The position numbers and the translations under genes are program-made. DNA of 63,915 nt, filler included, from Stramenopiles sp. TOSAG23-6 (Eukaryota), in the NCBI GenBank assembly GCA_900128565.1. It is 4 parts of 4 records of this genome, joined end to end, with 100 filler letters (N's around TTAATTAATTAA, not from the genome) between each part and the next. Parts side by side here need not be neighbours in the genome. Positions count along the whole stretch, not along the records: positions 16,384 to 32,554 come from LT636096.1; 3 more parts are not named here. One strand, 5' to 3'. Shown here one piece after another: positions 19,982 to 29,123 of this stretch. A model generated the notes under the pieces. It saw nothing but the letters and a program-made list of their open reading frames with translations, ran no database searches and was not told where the DNA came from. The stretch's first letter is position 1. Each line of letters starts with the position of its first letter.

Positions 19982-22900
19982 ATGAATCTACTCGTAATTC
20001 TTGTGTTAGTCCAACTATATTCTATGGTATATTCACATGGTCGCTTATACCAGCCTGTGCCAAGAATTGGTATGGGTACTCTCTGTCCTCCCAGTGACCC
20101 AGATTGTTGCATGCTCTTTCCTATACACGACCCACGAGGTAAGAACTTACCAAAGTGGTCAGATGGAGCTTGTTTCGACAAAGATGGCAATGTAATGACA
20201 AACGTAGCTTGGTCTGAATGCGTGGCCTTTGGCTGCATGAATATACCTGGAAGATCTTACACAACGTGGGGCCACCAGTCTTTGGGCAGAAAACTACCCA
20301 TAGATGTTACTGTTTCCAACAGCCAAAGACTAAGAGAAGCCCTGAATACATGTGGCGGTGAAGCAAATAAGGACACTGGGGTAAATACAGAACACAAAGT
20401 TGCCACTTACAATCTTCAGAATAGAACAGGTTTGCAATTAGAAGACCCAGAAGTTTCCTATGTTAAATATGCCTCATATATAGACATTGTCTTTGAAGTC
20501 ACAAGGATAAACGATCACCAACATGAGCCCCAGTGGGGTTCAGGCGTTAGAGTAGCTATTAATTACCTCAATGAAGATGATAAAAGCTTTAATGATAATG
20601 TTTTAACTGATGTCAAATATGAATTAGCTGATGAAAGAGAAAGAAATGGTCTCGGTATCAGAAAAGGCCTTTTTGACGGAGACATGAGTTGGTCTAATGA
20701 CTATTTTAGTATTGGCATGGAAAAAACTGGAAGATACACTCTGACTGTACCACTTCCACGAAATAAAACGGGCCCAGCTGTTATACAATGGGCATGGTTA
20801 AGCCATGAGGAGAATGGTTTGTTTATTGGTTGTGCAGATGTTGAAATTATTGACGAAGAAATTGCTCCAGGTATGTCTGAACTTCGCCATGAAGTTGTCA
20901 CTGAAGCAGGGCTAGAGCTACGCTGTGCTATTGATGAAGGTTGCTTGAAACGTGGGTCACTTTGCGATGACTTAGGTACTACAGAACCTCCTTATAATCG
21001 ATGGAGATGTTCTGTACCCCGCCCAAATTACTTTATAGATGTAAAGGGTAAAATTGAACCTTGTGCGCAACTTCTTTTTGCTGCATCAACTAAGTGTACA
21101 GGATTGTATCCGAGAGATATTACGGAAGTGACATGTATAGAGGGATACTTTTCAAACAGAGGTGACATAGCATTGTTAGAACAGCGCAGACAAAATGCTC
21201 GTGAACTTGCAAAGGCCAAATATCTTCCCTTTACAAATGGGATTGTGGAAAATTGTCAATGTGCAAAAGAATGGACTCTACAATGGGGCAGTGCTGAAGA
21301 AGGATCCTTAATTGAAGTGACTAGTGATAACTATTGTAAATTATTACCAACCAAGGATGGGTATGGATCAGGGAAGCTTGTGTGCAAGTGCGATCCTAAT
21401 AGACTAGAGAAAGATTTGATGGATTCTACTGTTCCTTCTCGAAACTGGGGTGTCTGCTCAAAAAGCATCACAAGTGGTATTAATACTAGAGAATGGCTCT
21501 TACCTGATCACCTTACAATAACAACCAATACAGGAGAAGCCAAAAATTTTGTTGATACTTTGACGTATAAACCTATTTGTGTTGGTAGTGTTAGTTGTGA
21601 CATGACTACCTACAATGGTAAGAATGGTGTTGGTATGTCTTTCAACTTGACATTTCAATCTGTCGGTGCCGAGGCCGTGAGGAAAGAGGGAATCTTGTCC
21701 GCTGTTATCGTTGACTTTGGTACTGGTTATGTTGAAGGAGAAACAATCACAATCAACCAAGATCAAATGAGGAGAATTTTGGTTAGCAAAAGTTTTTTCT
21801 ATAATGAAATAATTCCTGGAAACGGTACACCTGTAGAAATGACTACACAAGTTGTCTTTACAATTACTGCAAGCGCTGCACGTGGACAAACTAGTACTGA
21901 AACACTTTGGAGAGACAAGCCAATTATACAGAACTTTCTCAGCAGTGCTTCATGTTCTACTTGTACTGGGTGGGATCCAAGCAAACAAGGGGTATCGAAA
22001 CCAGCTTTCCTTGGGACGACAACAGGGGCTCCTGGGTTTGCCAAATATGAAGCTGGAAGAACAGGAGGGAGAGGTGACGCTNATGAAAATCCAAAAAAAC
22101 GTGGATGCTGGACTCTAGCAGAATATAAAGAACTTGATAAATATTCTGATTTAGGGTTATGTTGTGGGGGATATATAAGTATAAATAACATGTACCGTGA
22201 TAATGAATGTTATAGTCCAACGGATACTGGAACTTTTCAATGTTTTGCTTCAATCAATAAAGAGTGGGAAGGAACTTCTAAAGAGTTTGGCGATTTGCTT
22301 ACCAAGTATGATATACGACCAAATAAACTACTTAAATGGTATCCAAATACCATAAGCTTTAATGACTGTGGTACCGAGGACCCTCCACTTCGTTGTAGTG
22401 TTTGTGGAAATGGTGGAACTAAATACAACTGTCCAATAGGAACTTACAAGAATGGAAAATCCTGCGATGGAGGAGTTGAAGATACTCAGACATGTGCCAA
22501 GTGTGAAAATAATATAGCTGGTGCAAAATGTACATCTTGTGAGCCCAAGACAGGAGGAGGCAGTTCGTGTACAGCATTTATATGCATTGATGGGTTCACT
22601 GACGACAATGGAATTTTTGGTGATGGATGTGAGGTTTCAAGTCTTCGAAATGATAGTTCTGATGATAATACTTCTGACAACAGTTTTCCTTGGTCCCTTG
22701 TACTAATTATTGTTGGTTCCATCTTGGCAACTGGTACTACAATACTTGTGTGGTATTTGTGGTCACAAAAATCGAAGGATCCAAGTGTGAAGACCAAACA
22801 AGGAGAAGATAGGATGGAACATATGGAACAAAATGTTGGCACTGCTGCTAATTCTGTTAATTCTGAAAGCCAAGGGGTCCCTCGTAAATCACGTGTGTCA

Positions 22901-23056
22901 AGACAGTCAGTGGGTGTAGCTGTGGCCAAAAGCCAAGGTGATCCCACTCAAGCACGAGAACCAAGACAGTCGGTGGGCGTTGCTGTAGCGAAAGGGGATA
23001 CCCTGGAGAATGCATCATCAGAGAAAGATCGAAGGGTTACTTCTGGATACGTTTGA
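19982..23056 (+). CDS. Secreted type-I membrane protein with N-terminal LPMO-like (His-brace) domain and Cys-rich stalk
   Basis: Signal peptide followed by HGRLYQPVPR; AVIQWAW...FIGCADVEI; many Cys; TM helix WSLVLIIVGSILATGTTILVWYLW. Confidence 0.65.
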   Translation: MNLLVILVLVQLYSMVYSHGRLYQPVPRIGMGTLCPPSDPDCCMLFPIHDPRGKNLPKWSDGACFDKDGNVMTNVAWSECVAFGCMNIPGRSYTTWGHQSLGRKLPIDVTVSNSQRLREALNTCGGEANKDTGVNTEHKVATYNLQNRTGLQLEDPEVSYVKYASYIDIVFEVTRINDHQHEPQWGSGVRVAINYLNEDDKSFNDNVLTDVKYELADERERNGLGIRKGLFDGDMSWSNDYFSIGMEKTGRYTLTVPLPRNKTGPAVIQWAWLSHEENGLFIGCADVEIIDEEIAPGMSELRHEVVTEAGLELRCAIDEGCLKRGSLCDDLGTTEPPYNRWRCSVPRPNYFIDVKGKIEPCAQLLFAASTKCTGLYPRDITEVTCIEGYFSNRGDIALLEQRRQNARELAKAKYLPFTNGIVENCQCAKEWTLQWGSAEEGSLIEVTSDNYCKLLPTKDGYGSGKLVCKCDPNRLEKDLMDSTVPSRNWGVCSKSITSGINTREWLLPDHLTITTNTGEAKNFVDTLTYKPICVGSVSCDMTTYNGKNGVGMSFNLTFQSVGAEAVRKEGILSAVIVDFGTGYVEGETITINQDQMRRILVSKSFFYNEIIPGNGTPVEMTTQVVFTITASAARGQTSTETLWRDKPIIQNFLSSASCSTCTGWDPSKQGVSKPAFLGTTTGAPGFAKYEAGRTGGRGDAXENPKKRGCWTLAEYKELDKYSDLGLCCGGYISINNMYRDNECYSPTDTGTFQCFASINKEWEGTSKEFGDLLTKYDIRPNKLLKWYPNTISFNDCGTEDPPLRCSVCGNGGTKYNCPIGTYKNGKSCDGGVEDTQTCAKCENNIAGAKCTSCEPKTGGGSSCTAFICIDGFTDDNGIFGDGCEVSSLRNDSSDDNTSDNSFPWSLVLIIVGSILATGTTILVWYLWSQKSKDPSVKTKQGEDRMEHMEQNVGTAANSVNSESQGVPRKSRVSRQSVGVAVAKSQGDPTQAREPRQSVGVAVAKGDTLENASSEKDRRVTSGYV

Positions 23057-23302
23057 GAAATATAGCAGAAGCTTTAACTTCTAATTAAGTGAATGTCATG
23101 AGTAACTAAGTATAAAAACAGATTTTATGAAAAAATACTATTTTCTATATATGTTCATTATTTTTTTTAATCGAGGCACACGTGGACGAGTACCATTAAA
23201 AAAAAATACTTTGATGCAAGAGCACGCATTGGGTCGATTATAATCATCAATTTATTATATAACACATATTGTTTGATGGACAAATTTGAAACCAAAATCA
23301 TT

Positions 23303-24838
23303 TTATCTTTTGTAGTACCGTAGAAGCAAACCAGTACCAGCAATCGAAGCTATAAATAATGGGGAAACTACCATACGCTTTGATTTATAAGCAATGAGTG
23401 TTCTAACTACTATTGTTTCTCCTTCAAAAACAGCTGCCATAAGGGCTGTTAAGCCAAGATTAGTTTTCTTGTTAACATTAATTCCATCTGCTTTGATAAG
23501 TTGTTCAACTATTCCCACATACCCATTCTGTGAAGCAACATACAATGGAGTATATTCGCCTGCTGCAGTCTGATTGACATTAGCACCAGCATCAATAAGT
23601 AGTTTGACTATTCCAGCATGACCATTCTGTGAAGCAACATACAATGGGGTAGCTCCGTCTTCATCAGCCTGATTTACATCAGCACGAGCAGCAATAAGTT
23701 TTTCAACTACTCCTTCATAACCATTCTCCGAAGCAACATACAATGCAGTATATCCGTAGTTATCAACCAGATTGACATCAGCACCAGAAGTAATAAGGTT
23801 TTCAACTATTCCTGCGTGACCCTTCCATGAAGCAACACGTACTGGGGTAGATCCATTATTCCTCGCCAGGTTTACATCAGCACCAGAAGTAATAAGTTGA
23901 GCAACTACGTTTTCATAACCTCTCAGAGAAGCAATAAACAATGGGGAAGTTTTGTGAATATCAACCTGATTGACATAAGCACCAGCAGCGATAAGTTGTT
24001 CAACTACTGCTTCATGGCGTCTCTCCGAAGCAGCATACAATGCGGTATTTCCGCCGTTGTTATCAGCCAGATTGACATCTGCTTTTGCGTCGATAAGTTT
24101 TTGAACTACTTCTAAATGACCAAGTCTAGCAGCCATAATAAGTGCCGTTTGTCCATAACGAACCTCATCAACATCAGCTCCAATCGCAAGCAATACTTGA
24201 ACCATTATTACATCATTTCTTCGCGCAGCATCACAAAGTGGGAAATTATTCATTTCAACAGGAAGTAGATTCCCCAAGTTGTTGTTTACAACATACTCAG
24301 TGAATCCTTCGTTCCTTTCCTGCAGTGATATATTTTTCCAAGCCTCAGCTCTTTTTTTCTTCTCCGTGTATTTTTTAAATTCGAGAATAAGTGCTTCTCG
24401 GACATGTACACCAGAATCAATTTGGTGTTTCAAAGCTGTCTGCAATGGCCTCGAATTCAGTATTTCTGGGGTAAAGTCAGAGACCAATTGCCAAGGATTT
24501 TCTGTGTCCATTATTTTGGCACTTTTGACAACACTTTGAAAAGACTTGACTGACCAAGGATTTCCCAATTTTGCAAAGTGAAGAATATGAGAAATAATGT
24601 ACTTTTCACCATAAATACGATTAGGATTAGGAATCTCCTTAGCGTTCAGCAATGACAGTGAAAGAGCCATGCGCTTCTTGAAGTTACTCTTGTAGTAATC
24701 ATCAAATTGGTTTTTAAGCTCTTGCCATTTTGATTTCAGTGTTTCATCCAAACTTTCAGTACCTACACGTAGATTGTTCGCAGCATGCAATGATACAATT
24801 AAGCATATCAAGATAGATAAAATGAGGAGAATCTTCAT
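23303..24838 (-). CDS. Ankyrin-repeat protein with predicted signal peptide
   Basis: Leader MKILLILSILICLIVSLHA; about 9 repeats of G.TPLY.AS..G...VV..LI..GADVN. Confidence 0.88.
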   Translation of the reverse strand: MKILLILSILICLIVSLHAANNLRVGTESLDETLKSKWQELKNQFDDYYKSNFKKRMALSLSLLNAKEIPNPNRIYGEKYIISHILHFAKLGNPWSVKSFQSVVKSAKIMDTENPWQLVSDFTPEILNSRPLQTALKHQIDSGVHVREALILEFKKYTEKKKRAEAWKNISLQERNEGFTEYVVNNNLGNLLPVEMNNFPLCDAARRNDVIMVQVLLAIGADVDEVRYGQTALIMAARLGHLEVVQKLIDAKADVNLADNNGGNTALYAASERRHEAVVEQLIAAGAYVNQVDIHKTSPLFIASLRGYENVVAQLITSGADVNLARNNGSTPVRVASWKGHAGIVENLITSGADVNLVDNYGYTALYVASENGYEGVVEKLIAARADVNQADEDGATPLYVASQNGHAGIVKLLIDAGANVNQTAAGEYTPLYVASQNGYVGIVEQLIKADGINVNKKTNLGLTALMAAVFEGETIVVRTLIAYKSKRMVVSPLFIASIAGTGLLLRYYKR

Positions 24839-25107
24839 TGGTTTAAAACTCTTAGTATTAAACAAAGGTATTGAAGTACCTACTGTATAGGCCTATAGTT
24901 GACTTGGTATAGTATACAGAGCCGCTGCATCTGCAGACTGCGGTAGCAAAATTTTAATGACACGTGCCGCATCATCGGACGTCCGCGTAGATTACATTAT
25001 AATCGGCGGTATCTGTTGTATAATACTACACTCTAAGTAGCTTTAGTACATGTAGATTGGGGGTACCATTGCGAGCACATAATTGTGAGTTTTGGAGAGT
25101 TTATATC

Positions 25108-25578
25108 ATGACTATTTCCAAGTCAGCTGTCTATGTTTTGCTCCGTGGCTTACCGAAAGAAGCGTCTCAAGCTTTTTCACTCCTCGTGATGAAAAGAAAT
25201 GGAGGTTGGGGGTCTGGACAATGGAGTCTTCCTTCTGGTCATGTAGAGCAAGGTGAATCTATAATAACTGCTGCCATTAGAGAAACTAGGGAAGAGATTG
25301 GAATAGAATTAAAACCAGAGAATTTGAAAGTTGTTCACTGCATGTACCGTCCAAGTGGTGATATTTCATACACTGACTTTTACGTGGAAGCAAATAGTTG
25401 GTGTGGTCAACCAGAAAATAAAGAACCGTCAAAGTGTTCTGATATAGCCATAATAGATTACCCAAAACAAATACCTACAGATACTCTTCCAAATGTAATT
25501 GCTGGCTTAAATCACTGTTTTAACCAAATCCCATTTGAAACAGAGGACATGTGGAAAGACTCAATACAACAAAAGTAG
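25108..25578 (+). CDS. Nudix hydrolase (MutT-like)
   Basis: Nudix box GHVEQGESIITAAIRETREEIG; GQPENKEPSKC motif; ATG at 25108. Confidence 0.9.
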   Translation: MTISKSAVYVLLRGLPKEASQAFSLLVMKRNGGWGSGQWSLPSGHVEQGESIITAAIRETREEIGIELKPENLKVVHCMYRPSGDISYTDFYVEANSWCGQPENKEPSKCSDIAIIDYPKQIPTDTLPNVIAGLNHCFNQIPFETEDMWKDSIQQK

Positions 25579-25881
25579 ATTTGAATTATAAACGTTTTTT
25601 TAATTATAACTTCGATGTGTATAACCAACTACCTATCAAAACTTGCAAGTTTTTCAGGGTCTCCAAAATGAGCAAGCGCAAAGAGTCCAGAAATATGTGC
25701 ACGAGCAGAATGACGCTCTTGCATCAAAGTATTTTTTTTTAATGGTACTCGTCCACGTGTGCCTCGATTAAAAAAAATAATGAACATATATAGAAAATAG
25801 TATTTTTTCATAAAATCTGTTTTTATACTTAGTTACTCATGACATTCACTTAATTAGAAGTTAAAGCTTCTGCTATATTTC

Positions 25882-28800
25882 TCAAACGTATCCAGAAGTA
25901 ACCCTTCGATCTTTCTCTGATGATGCATTCTCCAGGGTATCCCCTTTCGCTACAGCAACGCCCACCGACTGTCTTGGTTCTCGTGCTTGAGTGGGATCAC
26001 CTTGGCTTTTGGCCACAGCTACACCCACTGACTGTCTTGACACACGTGATTTACGAGGGACCCCTTGGCTTTCAGAATTAACAGAATTAGCAGCAGTGCC
26101 AACATTTTGTTCCATATGTTCCATCCTATCTTCTCCTTGTTTGGTCTTCACACTTGGATCCTTCGATTTTTGTGACCACAAATACCACACAAGTATTGTA
26201 GTACCAGTTGCCAAGATGGAACCAACAATAATTAGTACAAGGGACCAAGGAAAACTGTTGTCAGAAGTATTATCATCAGAACTATCATTTCGAAGACTTG
26301 AAACCTCACATCCATCACCAAAAATTCCATTGTCGTCAGTGAACCCATCAATGCATATAAATGCTGTACACGAACTGCCTCCTCCTGTCTTGGGCTCACA
26401 AGATGTACATTTTGCACCAGCTATATTATTTTCACACTTGGCACATGTCTGAGTATCTTCAACTCCTCCATCGCAGGATTTTCCATTCTTGTAAGTTCCT
26501 ATTGGACAGTTGTATTTAGTTCCACCATTTCCACAAACACTACAACGAAGTGGAGGGTCCTCGGTACCACAGTCATTAAAGCTTATGGTATTTGGATACC
26601 ATTTAAGTAGTTTATTTGGTCGTATATCATACTTGGTAAGCAAATCGCCAAACTCTTTAGAAGTTCCTTCCCACTCTTTATTGATTGAAGCAAAACATTG
26701 AAAAGTTCCAGTATCCGTTGGACTATAACATTCATTATCACGGTACATGTTATTTATACTTATATATCCCCCACAACATAACCCTAAATCAGAATATTTA
26801 TCAAGTTCTTTATATTCTGCTAGAGTCCAGCATCCACGTTTTTTTGGATTTTCATNAGCGTCACCTCTCCCTCCTGTTCTTCCAGCTTCATATTTGGCAA
26901 ACCCAGGAGCCCCTGTTGTCGTCCCAAGGAAAGCTGGTTTCGATACCCCTTGTTTGCTTGGATCCCACCCAGTACAAGTAGAACATGAAGCACTGCTGAG
27001 AAAGTTCTGTATAATTGGCTTGTCTCTCCAAAGTGTTTCAGTACTAGTTTGTCCACGTGCAGCGCTTGCAGTAATTGTAAAGACAACTTGTGTAGTCATT
27101 TCTACAGGTGTACCGTTTCCAGGAATTATTTCATTATAGAAAAAACTTTTGCTAACCAAAATTCTCCTCATTTGATCTTGGTTGATTGTGATTGTTTCTC
27201 CTTCAACATAACCAGTACCAAAGTCAACGATAACAGCGGACAAGATTCCCTCTTTCCTCACGGCCTCGGCACCGACAGATTGAAATGTCAAGTTGAAAGA
27301 CATACCAACACCATTCTTACCATTGTAGGTAGTCATGTCACAACTAACACTACCAACACAAATAGGTTTATACGTCAAAGTATCAACAAAATTTTTGGCT
27401 TCTCCTGTATTGGTTGTTATTGTAAGGTGATCAGGTAAGAGCCATTCTCTAGTATTAATACCACTTGTGATGCTTTTTGAGCAGACACCCCAGTTTCGAG
27501 AAGGAACAGTAGAATCCATCAAATCTTTCTCTAGTCTATTAGGATCGCACTTGCACACAAGCTTCCCTGATCCATACCCATCCTTGGTTGGTAATAATTT
27601 ACAATAGTTATCACTAGTCACTTCAATTAAGGATCCTTCTTCAGCACTGCCCCATTGTAGAGTCCATTCTTTTGCACATTGACAATTTTCCACAATCCCA
27701 TTTGTAAAGGGAAGATATTTGGCCTTTGCAAGTTCACGAGCATTTTGTCTGCGCTGTTCTAACAATGCTATGTCACCTCTGTTTGAAAAGTATCCCTCTA
27801 TACATGTCACTTCCGTAATATCTCTCGGATACAATCCTGTACACTTAGTTGATGCAGCAAAAAGAAGTTGCGCACAAGGTTCAATTTTACCCTTTACATC
27901 TATAAAGTAATTTGGGCGGGGTACAGAACATCTCCATCGATTATAAGGAGGTTCTGTAGTACCTAAGTCATCGCAAAGTGACCCACGTTTCAAGCAACCT
28001 TCATCAATAGCACAGCGTAGCTCTAGCCCTGCTTCAGTGACAACTTCATGGCGAAGTTCAGACATACCTGGAGCAATTTCTTCGTCAATAATTTCAACAT
28101 CTGCACAACCAATAAACAAACCATTCTCCTCATGGCTTAACCATGCCCATTGTATAACAGCTGGGCCCGTTTTATTTCGTGGAAGTGGTACAGTCAGAGT
28201 GTATCTTCCAGTTTTTTCCATGCCAATACTAAAATAGTCATTAGACCAACTCATGTCTCCGTCAAAAAGGCCTTTTCTGATACCGAGACCATTTCTTTCT
28301 CTTTCATCAGCTAATTCATATTTGACATCAGTTAAAACATTATCATTAAAGCTTTTATCATCTTCATTGAGGTAATTAATAGCTACTCTAACGCCTGAAC
28401 CCCACTGGGGCTCATGTTGGTGATCGTTTATCCTTGTGACTTCAAAGACAATGTCTATATATGAGGCATATTTAACATAGGAAACTTCTGGGTCTTCTAA
28501 TTGCAAACCTGTTCTATTCTGAAGATTGTAAGTGGCAACTTTGTGTTCTGTATTTACCCCAGTGTCCTTATTTGCTTCACCGCCACATGTATTCAGGGCT
28601 TCTCTTAGTCTTTGGCTGTTGGAAACAGTAACATCTATGGGTAGTTTTCTGCCCAAAGACTGGTGGCCCCACGTTGTGTAAGATCTTCCAGGTATATTCA
28701 TGCAGCCAAAGGCCACGCATTCAGACCAAGCTACGTTTGTCATTACATTGCCATCTTTGTCGAAACAAGCTCCATCTGACCACTTTGGTAAGTTCTTACC

Positions 28801-28956
28801 TCGTGGGTCGTGTATAGGAAAGAGCATGCAACAATCTGGGTCACTGGGAGGACAGAGAGTACCCATACCAATTCTTGGCACAGGCTGGTATAAGCGACCA
28901 TGTGAATATACCATAGAATATAGTTGGACTAACACAAGAATTACGAGTAGATTCAT
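25882..28956 (-). CDS. Duplicate copy of the LPMO-like membrane protein
   Basis: Translation identical to 19982-23056. Confidence 0.6.
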   Translation of the reverse strand: MNLLVILVLVQLYSMVYSHGRLYQPVPRIGMGTLCPPSDPDCCMLFPIHDPRGKNLPKWSDGACFDKDGNVMTNVAWSECVAFGCMNIPGRSYTTWGHQSLGRKLPIDVTVSNSQRLREALNTCGGEANKDTGVNTEHKVATYNLQNRTGLQLEDPEVSYVKYASYIDIVFEVTRINDHQHEPQWGSGVRVAINYLNEDDKSFNDNVLTDVKYELADERERNGLGIRKGLFDGDMSWSNDYFSIGMEKTGRYTLTVPLPRNKTGPAVIQWAWLSHEENGLFIGCADVEIIDEEIAPGMSELRHEVVTEAGLELRCAIDEGCLKRGSLCDDLGTTEPPYNRWRCSVPRPNYFIDVKGKIEPCAQLLFAASTKCTGLYPRDITEVTCIEGYFSNRGDIALLEQRRQNARELAKAKYLPFTNGIVENCQCAKEWTLQWGSAEEGSLIEVTSDNYCKLLPTKDGYGSGKLVCKCDPNRLEKDLMDSTVPSRNWGVCSKSITSGINTREWLLPDHLTITTNTGEAKNFVDTLTYKPICVGSVSCDMTTYNGKNGVGMSFNLTFQSVGAEAVRKEGILSAVIVDFGTGYVEGETITINQDQMRRILVSKSFFYNEIIPGNGTPVEMTTQVVFTITASAARGQTSTETLWRDKPIIQNFLSSASCSTCTGWDPSKQGVSKPAFLGTTTGAPGFAKYEAGRTGGRGDAXENPKKRGCWTLAEYKELDKYSDLGLCCGGYISINNMYRDNECYSPTDTGTFQCFASINKEWEGTSKEFGDLLTKYDIRPNKLLKWYPNTISFNDCGTEDPPLRCSVCGNGGTKYNCPIGTYKNGKSCDGGVEDTQTCAKCENNIAGAKCTSCEPKTGGGSSCTAFICIDGFTDDNGIFGDGCEVSSLRNDSSDDNTSDNSFPWSLVLIIVGSILATGTTILVWYLWSQKSKDPSVKTKQGEDRMEHMEQNVGTAANSVNSESQGVPRKSRVSRQSVGVAVAKSQGDPTQAREPRQSVGVAVAKGDTLENASSEKDRRVTSGYV

Positions 28957-29123
28957 GATGAGTTAAAATTCACAATCTCGTGAGATTAGAAGGAAGATCT
29001 ATACAAATATTGATGATTTTAGAGAATGAAATTTTATTGTCTTTTTTGTCTAAAGTTTAAAAGTTAAACGTTTGTCTTTTTTTTGGCTCCTGTAAAATAA
29101 ACGTTTGAAAAAAATCTTGAAAT

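Larger units (their letters stand above)
16384..23223. repeat. Left arm of a 6840-bp perfect inverted duplication (partner 25715-32554)
   Basis: Mirror coordinates sum to 48938. The ORFs are identical and the ambiguous N is mirrored (22082/26856). Confidence 0.95.
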
